A stretch of 64,000 nucleotides of DNA from a virus (IMGVR_UViG_3300037721_000031:32001-96000); one strand, 5' to 3'. Shown: positions 1 through 9,429, numbered from the stretch's first letter. Made by a program: numbers and translations. Notes: generated by a model not told the origin, from the sequence alone.

Positions 1-1
1 G

Positions 2-700
2 CCTATTAGAGTATTACGTCATCCTAAAAGTGATCTAGCGTTAAATATACCAGATGGCAATTCGTACAACATTGAAGAAGGCATTGCTGTTATAGCTATT
101 AACTTACCAATGTTGGCGCTGCAATACCGTGAGTATCAGATTTACGAAGACTCAGTAGCTCTCTCTAGAGGTGAATCGCCTCGTGGATTGACACATTACA
201 TCTATAGTTACGCATTGACAAATATGATGTACAGTCATCTAGATGTAGCCATATTTAACAGATTGTACAACTTACTAATTGGTGCGCCTCTTGGGGTATC
301 TACTAAGAAACACTCTTTCTACATTCAAGATTATGAAAGTAAGCTAACAGATCTTCAGTTACTTCAGCTTCGTATGTTAGAAAGAAATCCTCGTAAGTTA
401 GACGCAATGATGCGAATGATTCCTCTTGTGACAGAAGCTAACTTATCAACCATGTCTAGATTACCAGACATGGTACCAACAAGACCTGTTGTATGGTCTT
501 TAGTGCTGAGTCGATTACAGTTACTATCGTTTATATACGGTGCTAATACAGACGGTGCAAGAGTTAGAAACGGAACCGAAGTAAATAGAATAACTAGAAT
601 GTTTCAGTTATTCGATATAGAAGAAGTGTTAGGTAGAATTCTACCTATTGATTACTTCCTTGATGTGAGCCAACAAATCAAGAAAATCACACAGGCATAA
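2..700 (+). CDS. 5'-truncated conserved phiKZ-like protein, probably virion structural
   Basis: Frame is open from position 2 (PIRVLRHPKSDLALNIPDG...) into the listed 110 ATG, so the gene starts before the window. Its TAA stop lies inside the GGCATAA palindrome arm. Confidence 0.6.
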   Translation, partial: PIRVLRHPKSDLALNIPDGNSYNIEEGIAVIAINLPMLALQYREYQIYEDSVALSRGESPRGLTHYIYSYALTNMMYSHLDVAIFNRLYNLLIGAPLGVSTKKHSFYIQDYESKLTDLQLLQLRMLERNPRKLDAMMRMIPLVTEANLSTMSRLPDMVPTRPVVWSLVLSRLQLLSFIYGANTDGARVRNGTEVNRITRMFQLFDIEEVLGRILPIDYFLDVSQQIKKITQA

Positions 701-737
701 AGACTAGAGCCTTGTAAGGCTCTAGTCTAATTATGCC
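694..737. terminator. GGCATAA-family palindrome, likely bidirectional terminator between convergent genes
   Basis: ggcataa-agactagagcctt-gt-aaggctctagtct-aa-ttatgcc. Confidence 0.75.
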
Positions 738-746
738 GTCTCGGTT

Positions 747-2879
747 TTAATACTGATCCATCGCCAGACGAGTGATGTTGTCATTAGCTATGTAGTAACC
801 TAATGTTTCAAGAATTAGATATAGAATACCAGTCATATCGAAAACGATCTTACGGATATCCATTACAATTTCTATCTCTTCAGGCATACCTTTTAGGCGT
901 AAACTTTCTTGCGGAAGTATTACAGTCTGCATCCCTAGCTTTTGATTTTTTATCATCCAACTTTCTAATCTTTGAGCTAATGCTTTATCCTTAATATTCG
1001 CTACCCACTTCTTCATTGATGTCGAAGATTTAAGGTCAACATTAACTTTGACACCGGCATACGGAGGTATTGGTGCATCTCCATACTTAGGAGCAAAAAC
1101 TTCTTGCCACATTGTGTAATGCTGATATGGTGAATCTTCCTCAGACTTAGTGTAAGATTCTGGAGACTTTATTTGGGCACTGCGGAAGTAGGTTGACTCA
1201 CCAGCTTTTACAGATCTTACTATTTCTCTTTCTGTATCTGCTACTTTTCTAAGTAACGCATACAGAGATATCTTCTTACCAGATACAACAGTATCCATGA
1301 TCTCTTTCATCATGCTTTCTGCTTTATCTGTGATAATCGAAGGTACATTTGAAGACTTAAGGTGGACTCCCTTAATCTCCATTTCATAATCCTTATAGAT
1401 ATTACCTTCTTGGCAAGAGATATATGCAAAGTAGTGCTTACCTACTTGAGTTGGAATAAATACATCAAACTTGTATTCATTCTTCATTGCAATCTGGTGT
1501 ATTCGTTTTGACTCAATACCCATATTAGCGCTCATACGAGCTAATACGTGCGTAATGGTTTCGGCTGCTAAGAATATCATTGTCGCAGCGGTAGCTGTTG
1601 TTTCTGCTGTAAAGCCAGGATTATTACCGTGCTTCCAGAATACCCAATCTTGTACTGTGAAAATAGTAGAGTCAGTATCAGAGGTAAGAGCAGCTCTGCG
1701 AATAGATTCAGGAAAGAATGCTAACGACGCAGGTACGTTATCAGTTACGAATAAGGCCTCTATCAGACTTGTGTAGTCTGTTACAGTCTGATGAATGTTC
1801 AGTACAGTGGACGCGATAAACTGTTCAATCTCTTTACCTTTTATCTTATCCATCGTCATCCCACGCATTTCTGCTGGAAAGAACTGAGTAGCTAATACAC
1901 GATATTCTTCACGATGTGTCTTGAAGACAGTTTCAGAGTCGCTACATGGTTGCCGAACTGCCATCGATAAACGAGTAATAAACGTACGGACTACTTCATC
2001 ATTAAACTTAGCTAAATGATACAGGTCGCCAGTATATGTATACGCTGAGCGCTGCTCTGGTGTTAAGCTATATACTAGATCACGTATGTGATCCATAACT
2101 TGTTCATTCTTCCAGTATAAATTAGTAGAGTAAGTAATGCATTCCATTGTTTCAGCTGCAGAAGGATGACGAATCCCCCAGTCAGACATAGCCTTACTAA
2201 GCTTAACGTAATCTGTATGGTTTATAATTGAAATGATATTATTTAAAACAATCTTAGGGTTCCAGTAATGTCTGTTACCGCAAAGAATCTTTTCATTATT
2301 AGCATTACCATAACCAGAAGTACTACGACAAGTACTAGTGAGCGTTGAATGTGCAGTCTTATTAAAAAGCGGTGTAGAATTAGATACGTGAGCGCCGGAG
2401 ATAGAATTGTTACTAATCTTCTTATTACCCTGCTCTAACTTTTTAACAAACTCTAACAGCTTGTCGCCATTCATCTTTGCAGAGAACATAGCCTTTTTAG
2501 CTTTAGAACGAGCTGCTACGTTAGCGTCAATAAAGTCTACTAGTAGAGATTTATTAACTTTAGGAGATAAGTATGTTGTAAACGTTGGAGCTATAATCTG
2601 TTCATCCTTAACGCTATCTCCAATATACTTACTCATTGTAGAGATCTTTTTCTCTCTGTCGCCGTTATCTTTACGTTCTAGGTAGTATGTTGTCGGATCT
2701 TTAAATTCAAACTTCTGGCCTGGCTTCAATTGATTTAACACATACTCACGACATTCGTCTAATGGCTTCTTAGTGGCGATATGTAGATATGTTGCCGCAT
2801 CATCCACGTAATGTCTGAAAATATCTAAATCTCTCTTATACTCATTCTTTTCCAAAACAAACGGATTAGCAGCAGTCAT
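747..2879 (-). CDS. Family B DNA polymerase, C-terminal (motif B/C) subunit, phiKZ gp50-like
   Basis: Motif B-like KKISNNSISG, motif C SDTDS and KGVHLKSS are present. No exonuclease or motif A (DxxSLYPS) is visible. Confidence 0.88.
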   Translation of the reverse strand: MTAANPFVLEKNEYKRDLDIFRHYVDDAATYLHIATKKPLDECREYVLNQLKPGQKFEFKDPTTYYLERKDNGDREKKISTMSKYIGDSVKDEQIIAPTFTTYLSPKVNKSLLVDFIDANVAARSKAKKAMFSAKMNGDKLLEFVKKLEQGNKKISNNSISGAHVSNSTPLFNKTAHSTLTSTCRSTSGYGNANNEKILCGNRHYWNPKIVLNNIISIINHTDYVKLSKAMSDWGIRHPSAAETMECITYSTNLYWKNEQVMDHIRDLVYSLTPEQRSAYTYTGDLYHLAKFNDEVVRTFITRLSMAVRQPCSDSETVFKTHREEYRVLATQFFPAEMRGMTMDKIKGKEIEQFIASTVLNIHQTVTDYTSLIEALFVTDNVPASLAFFPESIRRAALTSDTDSTIFTVQDWVFWKHGNNPGFTAETTATAATMIFLAAETITHVLARMSANMGIESKRIHQIAMKNEYKFDVFIPTQVGKHYFAYISCQEGNIYKDYEMEIKGVHLKSSNVPSIITDKAESMMKEIMDTVVSGKKISLYALLRKVADTEREIVRSVKAGESTYFRSAQIKSPESYTKSEEDSPYQHYTMWQEVFAPKYGDAPIPPYAGVKVNVDLKSSTSMKKWVANIKDKALAQRLESWMIKNQKLGMQTVILPQESLRLKGMPEEIEIVMDIRKIVFDMTGILYLILETLGYYIANDNITRLAMDQY

Positions 2880-2967
2880 GCTTGTTTCTCATGTAAATTA
2901 ATTTCTCAGCCAAATGTACAAACTACAACATAGAAAATAATGACAGCATAAAAAAAAAATAATGTCT

Positions 2968-3001
2968 TACAAATAGTGCTCCGTACGGAGCACTATTTGT
3001 A
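2968..3001. terminator. Perfect 34-bp palindrome, terminator-like
   Basis: tacaaatagtgctccgt|acggagcactatttgta, preceded on + by gacagcataaaaaaaaaa (TTATGCTGTC plus U-tract on the minus strand). Confidence 0.7.
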
Positions 3002-3018
3002 GTAGACGTTAACATACA

Positions 3019-3987
3019 TTACGGAGTAGCCATAGCCCTTTCAAAACTCCAACCATAACACATTAGTCTGTTATAAAGTCTTGTGTAATTTTTATTATAT
3101 TCTTTAGCCCACTCGGATACTTTCTTTGTAATTCCGTTATGTGTAAAAGTTGTTTCTGTCTTTATAGATACAGTTGTGGCTTTCTCAAAACTCCAACCAT
3201 ACTGCATTAGCCTACCGTACAGTGTATGATACGGAATTTTGTATTCAGTCGCCCACTCTCTAATACTTTTCGTTACTCCATTATGAGTAACAAAGCAAGT
3301 ACTCTTCCTTTCTAAAGAACCCATCTTTGTATTAAAAGCCCTCTCAACGGTCCAACCACATCTTACAATTCTTGAATACAAATCAGTATATATTAAATTC
3401 TTGGCCTTAGCTTCCGGTGTCTCAGCTAATTCTAGTAATGTTAACTGTCTACCGTTATATTCATAACTTGGCTTTACCTTATAAGATCCTGGTTCACTAT
3501 AAATTGGCTTCCATTTACAGCTACCAGGTTCATAAATCTTAGACATATGTTTTCTAACAACTTTATGTTTATGGTCGGGACTCGGACCCATATCGTTATA
3601 GAAATTTTCAAATGAGTCTTTCCACCAATCACAAACAGTAATACCTCTGTTGCCAAAATTAGAATACTTCTTATCAGACTTATTGTAACAGACGCTAAGT
3701 ATATCTTCCCAGACTTTTCTTTCAAAGTCTCCTGGGTTACTATAAGTTGGTTCTACTTCATCTTGAGTATCGGAAACATCTTGTTTATTACAAAATTTAG
3801 AGCTATTACTTGTAATACATCCGCAGTCAGTCGTAACTTTACCAACGAGACCGTTACCAGAAAATGTCGTTATTGTACCACAATCACAATGACAGACCCA
3901 ACCATTTCCTTCAAAGAATGAAAAATCATTATTCATTTCTTTTACAGTAAGAATACCGAATCTACGTCCTACTAAGTCTTGAAACAT
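3019..3987 (-). CDS. Free-standing HNH homing endonuclease-like protein with a degenerate active site and three C-terminal HTH-like repeats
   Basis: Has GRRFGILTV, CHCDCG, DCGC and YSNFGNRGITVCDWWKDSFENFYNDMG. C-terminal repeats follow (T/E)xNG...LY.RL..(Y/C)GW.xE(R/K)A. Confidence 0.75.
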   Translation of the reverse strand: MFQDLVGRRFGILTVKEMNNDFSFFEGNGWVCHCDCGTITTFSGNGLVGKVTTDCGCITSNSSKFCNKQDVSDTQDEVEPTYSNPGDFERKVWEDILSVCYNKSDKKYSNFGNRGITVCDWWKDSFENFYNDMGPSPDHKHKVVRKHMSKIYEPGSCKWKPIYSEPGSYKVKPSYEYNGRQLTLLELAETPEAKAKNLIYTDLYSRIVRCGWTVERAFNTKMGSLERKSTCFVTHNGVTKSIREWATEYKIPYHTLYGRLMQYGWSFEKATTVSIKTETTFTHNGITKKVSEWAKEYNKNYTRLYNRLMCYGWSFERAMATP

Positions 3988-4000
3988 GATATAGATTCCT

Positions 4001-4429
4001 TTACGGTTTAGATGTAATAGAAACTGATCTTGCTTTTAATGAATAAATAGTTCTGATAGCTTCCACAGAATCCGTTACCTGTGAGATAGCACAATGTATG
4101 GAATCTTCCTTAAAAGGATCTTTCGTCATACTGACTGAATTATAAAGGAAGTCATAAACTATCTTATCACCATATGACCAGATGAGAGTATAATGATGCG
4201 GTTTTGCAGGGCTACGATAAACTCTGAGAAATACCATTAATCCGAACTGTTCATCCTTGGTGAGCATGTATAGCATAGCTATTCGCTGAAAGCCGCAATA
4301 TGTTTTACCATATTTATCACGCCTCAGTCTTGTTTTTGTAACTGGATGAAATACCTTTGAAAGTTCTAAGAAATTTAACAGCGGGTCTTTCTCTGGCTTC
4401 TTAAGTAAACTTTTAAACCAATTAAACAT
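4001..4429 (-). CDS. Hypothetical protein
   Basis: 142-aa ORF, co-oriented with neighbours; AGAG upstream of the ATG. Confidence 0.6.
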   Translation of the reverse strand: MFNWFKSLLKKPEKDPLLNFLELSKVFHPVTKTRLRRDKYGKTYCGFQRIAMLYMLTKDEQFGLMVFLRVYRSPAKPHHYTLIWSYGDKIVYDFLYNSVSMTKDPFKEDSIHCAISQVTDSVEAIRTIYSLKARSVSITSKP

Positions 4430-4451
4430 CTTTAGACTCTCTTCCTAATTA

Positions 4452-4496
4452 CGGCATAAACACTGAAGCCCTAAGAAAGCTTCAGTGTTTATGCCG
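4452..4496. terminator. GGCATAA-family palindrome
   Basis: cggcataaa-cactgaagc-(9 nt)-gcttcagtg-tttatgccg. Confidence 0.75.
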
Positions 4497-4548
4497 CATT
4501 TCTGTAATGCGTACATATTAGTTATAAGTATTACAACTAGTCTAACGA

Positions 4549-4705
4549 TAGTGCTGTCTGATTGTAGATATAAGTAGCACACGCGTAGATGTAAGTTATC
4601 TAACACAGTGCTTATCAATACAACCAGACAGCATTAGCTACCGGGCTTTCTTACGCCTTGGAGGAGCGCTTCTATCACCATGGAAAAAGGTAAACACAGT
4701 GATAG
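4549..4705. ncRNA. Candidate structured intergenic RNA of unknown class
   Basis: Long nested stem at 4549-4636 (tagtgctgtctgattgta / tacaaccagacagcatta, with inner agcac/gtgct and tagat/atcta), then ctatcac/gtgatag hairpin at 4672-4705. No ORF of 60 aa or more in this 280-bp gap. Confidence 0.3.
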
Positions 4706-4781
4706 CGATTCAGAGACAGCCAGTCCCTTACAGATCATAGCAATACTCTGTAACTTTTTACAAAACATATACTAATACTAT

Positions 4782-5177
4782 TTAGATCAGCTGAATATCA
4801 AGATTATTGAAACCATTCTGAACCAACGCAATCCGTACTCTCTCAACATCAGAGCTACTAACACCTTCGATCTTAACCACCATACGCCTGGACTCTACTA
4901 ATTCAAGCGTGTCCAGGTTAATCCATGGAATGCCAAGAATTGTAGCTACTCCAGATGCAGTTCTGATACGAATATAGTCGTACTGTGACGGATCATCAGG
5001 AATACCGGACGGTAAATGAGGATATACGTTAGTGTGAATAGCTGGAATATCAACTGTCTGTAACGCTGTCTCGTAATCTAAGATTGCAAGAATAGTGATG
5101 TTCTTGAAATCATTACCTAAAATAGAAGTAGGGTGGACGTCAAAATTGTAGACGCTTTTTAACTCAAATGGATACAT
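4782..5177 (-). CDS. Conserved phiKZ-like small protein, possibly virion-associated
   Basis: 131 aa with YNFDVHPTSILGNDFKN...ILGIPWIN, a pattern recalled from jumbo phage conserved proteins. Confidence 0.55.
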   Translation of the reverse strand: MYPFELKSVYNFDVHPTSILGNDFKNITILAILDYETALQTVDIPAIHTNVYPHLPSGIPDDPSQYDYIRIRTASGVATILGIPWINLDTLELVESRRMVVKIEGVSSSDVERVRIALVQNGFNNLDIQLI

Positions 5178-5589
5178 TATAGGTCCTTACTGTAGATTCT
5201 GGGGTTTGTGTTAGTAATAGATCGCCCGATGAGACTATACTGCAATTTAAGTAAAGTCTTAAAGACATAAGGTTCTTCAAAGAATACTCTACCCATAAAC
5301 ACTGTATCTCAGAAGCATACTGTTTTAGATACCTAATAACCATGTTTCTATCGTTACCGTCATATATTTCAAGAACATCTAGTATCTCGTCACTAGGAAA
5401 ATCTAGACATTCCATACTAGGGTAACGATCGTAAAGCTCTGAGAATAACTCCGAAAGAATGTACTGAAACATTCTTTCGATATTACTCTTAATAAGTTCT
5501 CTACCGCGCAGTACGTGCATCAAACGTTGATATTGCTCTGCGGCAGGCAGTATCAATTCGCATGGCAAGGAATCTATCGTGTTGTTCAT
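5164..5589 (-). CDS. Hypothetical protein, member of the array upstream of the polymerase
   Basis: ORF track 5164..5619; likely start is MNNTIDS at 5589. Confidence 0.6.
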   Translation of the reverse strand: MNNTIDSLPCELILPAAEQYQRLMHVLRGRELIKSNIERMFQYILSELFSELYDRYPSMECLDFPSDEILDVLEIYDGNDRNMVIRYLKQYASEIQCLWVEYSLKNLMSLRLYLNCSIVSSGDLLLTQTPESTVRTYNVSI

Positions 5590-5986
5590 TATTAATAAAA
5601 GGTATTTGCATCTTCTCAAGAACTAGTACGTATTGGTCTACATGACTTAGTTGATAGTACAGTACGCCACCAACATACAACCCGTGACTATTTAGTTCCT
5701 TGTACAGACCTATCCCGTAAGCTTCACGAGCAGTGACGTATACTCCGACGTCATTACCTAGCTCTGAAGATAACTGGATATCATCAAGCATTTCATGACT
5801 GGATACAGCTAGATTATAAAGTGCTGTTTCTTTTACCCTGATAAGTTCTAGAATGTCGGCGGTGGCTACCTGTACTTCAATCCCTAAGATTTCAAGTTGT
5901 TCTAACTTGTTTAGGAAATCTTTTAATCCTGGCGGAGAATTCAGCAGTACCGTTTTCGGTAAGTGCGGACACACATCGCGGTACAT
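5501..5986 (-). CDS. Hypothetical protein, array member
   Basis: ORF track 5501..6025; likely start is MYRDVCP at 5986 after a GAAGGAG RBS; C-terminal HGLYV motif. Confidence 0.65.
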   Translation of the reverse strand: MYRDVCPHLPKTVLLNSPPGLKDFLNKLEQLEILGIEVQVATADILELIRVKETALYNLAVSSHEMLDDIQLSSELGNDVGVYVTAREAYGIGLYKELNSHGLYVGGVLYYQLSHVDQYVLVLEKMQIPFINNEQHDRFLAMRIDTACRRAISTFDARTAR

Positions 5987-5990
5987 CTCA

Positions 5991-6422
5991 TCATCTCCTT
6001 CTTCGAAGAACAATAGATTTATCATCGATCATACTTCCGTATTCAAAGACCAGGTATTGATCCACATAAAGACCGTGTTGTTTAAAGTATCTACATAACA
6101 CATAACTGACTTTCACTATATTAGTAAATACACGTTCTAGCTCTGTTATGCATTCATAGAAGTTACTTGACCCACTTATGCATGCGCGTGTATCAAGTAT
6201 GTCGTCTTGAATTAAAGCATCTGGTAATGCAGTTATCTCATTTTCTGCTGTTACGTAATGAGATACCGACTCCACAATACGACTCAAAAGAACATCGATG
6301 TCTATGGTGGGGAGATTAGCCTGGTTAATTGAACTTTTAAGTTCAGTCAAGTAATCCTCTACTCCGATAATTACTTGACTGGGCATGGGGTATGCTTGCA
6401 GCGAGTGAATAGCATTCATCAT
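5991..6422 (-). CDS. Hypothetical protein, array member
   Basis: 143 aa; ATGA overlap with the upstream gene; HGLYV motif shared with the neighbour. Confidence 0.65.
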   Translation of the reverse strand: MMNAIHSLQAYPMPSQVIIGVEDYLTELKSSINQANLPTIDIDVLLSRIVESVSHYVTAENEITALPDALIQDDILDTRACISGSSNFYECITELERVFTNIVKVSYVLCRYFKQHGLYVDQYLVFEYGSMIDDKSIVLRRRR

Positions 6423-6883
6423 CGCTCTGCCACTAAGATAACTGATGTGCCGTTATCTATAAACTGTACATCTGCTATTATTACAACGTTATTACCAAGG
6501 TATTGATTAAGTTCAACGTATATGGCTTGTTCTACTTGTTTAGTAGCTAACTCAAGCTTATTCCATAAATCTGTATAGTTCGACGGAAGTGCATTATTCT
6601 TATCCATTGATTCCAGGTACAGATCATAGTCATGCGTTACTGGATTACTATAATAACATCTATCATACTGCTCAGAGTACTGATACGTAGATAGTAATGC
6701 TCTTACGGCTTCAGCTATACCTCCCTTATAAAAGTAGAAGCACGGCGCCCAACAATCTAACTCTATTACTAGGTCAGTAATCGAGATAACGAAGCGCCAT
6801 GTATGGGACAAGTTTTGCCCGCAGTCCCGGATCGGTAATGGAGTTTGGATTTGTCGGTACATACAAGATAAACATATCCCCAT
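6419..6883 (-). CDS. Hypothetical protein, array member (start uncertain)
   Basis: 154-aa ORF overlapping the upstream gene by up to 110 nt. Confidence 0.55.
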   Translation of the reverse strand: MGICLSCMYRQIQTPLPIRDCGQNLSHTWRFVISITDLVIELDCWAPCFYFYKGGIAEAVRALLSTYQYSEQYDRCYYSNPVTHDYDLYLESMDKNNALPSNYTDLWNKLELATKQVEQAIYVELNQYLGNNVVIIADVQFIDNGTSVILVAER

Positions 6884-7247
6884 GCGGGTAGTAGTATGGA
6901 AACGTCCTATCCGTACAATTAACTGGAATTAGCTCTGATATAATGTCTGTTAGCTCTAATCGACACTCGTGTAGTGTAAGACTATTTTTTATTTTATCAA
7001 AGCCGTCTTGAGGTAATAGCAGCGCTAGTGCATTTTCCGCTTTACTACTTTCAAGATTACCATCATCGATAAGAATGTCTTTAAGTATTTCAGAAATTAC
7101 CAGACCGCACTCTATCTCAAAGTCATCAAATACAAATGCTAGTCTTTCCATCAGTGGTCTCACCGATACGATCAACGGCATATACATCTGAATATCTTCT
7201 AACTCATCTGCTTTACCAGCCCAATTGAGTGGAGGTGTAGTAGTCAC
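6774..7247 (-). CDS. Hypothetical protein, array member
   Basis: 157 aa, GTG start abutting the stop of the upstream gene. Confidence 0.6.
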   Translation of the reverse strand: MTTTPPLNWAGKADELEDIQMYMPLIVSVRPLMERLAFVFDDFEIECGLVISEILKDILIDDGNLESSKAENALALLLPQDGFDKIKNSLTLHECRLELTDIISELIPVNCTDRTFPYYYPHGDMFILYVPTNPNSITDPGLRAKLVPYMALRYLDY

Positions 7248-7829
7248 CTAAATTACCCTTTCACGCTTTAACCTCATGTATTCGTGAATTCTAAAGTCTC
7301 CTAACTTGCTAATCTTCAGGTCATAACCTATCTGACTAGTATGATAGATACTCCAGTTATCCTGACCGATGAAGTTACATATATCAGTGGTAAGATCTTG
7401 TAAAATACATCTAATACGCTCTTCGCAGAATTGAGATTGTTCTGTGTTTCCGGGATCTATTAAGTATGCGTCTAAGATATGTTGAAACCTTATCTTATTT
7501 TCTACCCAGTTCAATGAGTTATCTATTAAAGAGTTTACAAAGTCTTTAACCAGACAAACACCTATAGTGCCTCTTGAACGCTCATGATAAGTAGTATTGC
7601 GGCTAGGCAATGTCATGACGATTCTACCGTCATCGTGCGAAATACCGACAGATACCTTTTGAGTTTCTATACTGTTACTTCTACCAAAATTCAAACCAAC
7701 CACATTCCTGCAAGCTGGTGTGTACAATCCAGGTAGAGAATTAATCAGTAGATACTGCATCTCGTCTTCAATCATTCCGCCATATTCTTGAATCGGCACA
7801 ATGATAGTTCTAATCGGTTGTTGCATCAT
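7248..7829 (-). CDS. Hypothetical protein, array member
   Basis: 193 aa; AGAGAAG upstream; C-terminal KLGDFRIHEY. Confidence 0.65.
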   Translation of the reverse strand: MMQQPIRTIIVPIQEYGGMIEDEMQYLLINSLPGLYTPACRNVVGLNFGRSNSIETQKVSVGISHDDGRIVMTLPSRNTTYHERSRGTIGVCLVKDFVNSLIDNSLNWVENKIRFQHILDAYLIDPGNTEQSQFCEERIRCILQDLTTDICNFIGQDNWSIYHTSQIGYDLKISKLGDFRIHEYMRLKRERVI

Positions 7830-7853
7830 ATTTCTTCTCTCTATGATATATCT

Positions 7854-8237
7854 TTAAAACCATGATGAACCATCACTTTTTCTTAAGATAAGACAATTGT
7901 GATAATAACTTACTGACAGTTGATCAGTAGGTATAAAGCGCGATGGTAGAACATCTAGTAACGCTCTAGAAAAATCTACTTCAAATAGTGAACCGTACAT
8001 ATTCTTCAACTGATAGTAACTACGTTCATACCACGGATCATGTCTGGAATAGTTGCTGATATTTACAAAAGGGAAGACATCATCCAATACTCTTTTCAGT
8101 ATCCACTCTATTGAGTTATTTGTAATTCCACGACCTGACTCAGTGTAGACTCCAAGCGTCGTAGTGTGTGATAGCTCAATTATCTTTTGTATGAATTCGT
8201 CAACATTGATGACCATGCCATTACACTGGAACTTCAT
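7854..8237 (-). CDS. Hypothetical protein, array member
   Basis: 127 aa; AAGGGAG RBS upstream of the ATG. Confidence 0.65.
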   Translation of the reverse strand: MKFQCNGMVINVDEFIQKIIELSHTTTLGVYTESGRGITNNSIEWILKRVLDDVFPFVNISNYSRHDPWYERSYYQLKNMYGSLFEVDFSRALLDVLPSRFIPTDQLSVSYYHNCLILRKSDGSSWF

Positions 8238-8300
8238 AGTCTCCCTTTATAGTGCTATTGGTTACTACAAAATAATGCCAGAAGATAAAAAAATGACGCA

Positions 8301-8354
8301 GCATAGTAGCCTATAGGGTCTCTCGTTTGAGAGACCCTATAGGCTTTTTATGAC
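8301..8354 (-). terminator. GGCATAA-family palindrome terminating phuZ
   Basis: 17-bp stem agcctatagggtctctc-gttt-gagagaccctataggct, flanked by gcata and ttttatgac; minus-strand U-tract follows. Confidence 0.8.
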
Positions 8355-8372
8355 ATTCTAGAGGCTCTTATA

Positions 8373-9362
8373 TTAGAGAACAAGCCCGTTATCTGTAGCG
8401 CTATCCTTATCTGTCAGAATCGTAGGAGTGTTAATCCTAGCGCGCTGAATTTGTTCAAGCTCTTGCAGCTTTGAACTCAATGCTTTAGCAGCATGTGCCA
8501 TCAAGTCTGTTGTGATAACCAAATTAATTGGAGCAGCATTGATCAAACGATCATTCGCGCCTTCAGGCATGAATCCAACTGCTTGATAATCTGGTGTAAT
8601 CGGCAGGCTAGAATCCCCACCCTTTTCACACAGAGTAACTACACTTACAACTTCACCAGCATGTTCAGTAGGGAACTGCCCAAAGTAGGTGTTCAGAGCA
8701 GCAAGCTGAGGCGCGAACGTAGTCGCTCTATTGAAGTTCAAGAAGTTGAACAGATCTTTAGAATCAAGTTCACTGTTCTCTCTGGAGTATGCAGTCAATA
8801 ATGCGGACACTGTTTGCAGTACTTCAGAATCAACTTGTGCACGAGGAGTTACTGAGCTGTTTTGCATATACTTCACAACTACAGGCTTTCCACGAAGCTT
8901 GCTGATTGCTTCATAGGACTTGATAGTCTTCAGAGTGTTGTCCACATCCAAACGAGTATCACTTGCTCCAACCAACACCACTACAACTGCAGTATCTCGC
9001 TCCAGCAACTCAGAAACGATGGACGGTGCGATAACAGAACCAGAGCCACCGGAAGCTGAAGAGATGACAACAGACAAATCAAGCGGTTCATGACGTTGCA
9101 GAATGTCTCGTGTATGCGCGGCGATCTGTTGGTAGTTTTCCTTACGGATCTTACCAGAACCATCAAGATCTTTCAGGAGATACACTGCACCTTCAGGAAC
9201 ATTGGTCGAAAGATTACTACGGCTTGTGTCGATGTATGAAATTTCAAGCTTTGATACACCGATCTCTTCATTATTCCGAAACTTCTCTAGCTGCGAAGCG
9301 ATATTAATCCCGGCGCCACCACATGCAAAGATCCTGATAATTCCTTTTAGCTTTTCGGTCAT
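8373..9362 (-). CDS. phuZ: Phage tubulin PhuZ (spindle that positions the phage nucleus)
   Basis: CGGAGINI, YIDTS and DGSGK motifs, tubulin signature SASGGSGS, T7 loop LDSKD, and an acidic-hydrophobic C-terminal tail DSATDNGLVL. Confidence 0.93.
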   Translation of the reverse strand: MTEKLKGIIRIFACGGAGINIASQLEKFRNNEEIGVSKLEISYIDTSRSNLSTNVPEGAVYLLKDLDGSGKIRKENYQQIAAHTRDILQRHEPLDLSVVISSASGGSGSVIAPSIVSELLERDTAVVVVLVGASDTRLDVDNTLKTIKSYEAISKLRGKPVVVKYMQNSSVTPRAQVDSEVLQTVSALLTAYSRENSELDSKDLFNFLNFNRATTFAPQLAALNTYFGQFPTEHAGEVVSVVTLCEKGGDSSLPITPDYQAVGFMPEGANDRLINAAPINLVITTDLMAHAAKALSSKLQELEQIQRARINTPTILTDKDSATDNGLVL

Positions 9363-9429
9363 GACATATCCTTTATAGATTCATATGAGCTATACTTTTG
9401 GCAACACTATTATTACATTGCTCAGGATT

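Noticed and set aside
4620-4730. Twister ribozyme or c-di-GMP riboswitch (AAGCCCGG and GGGAC words)
   Set aside because: The required partner motifs are not in the right order or strand; no class is assigned
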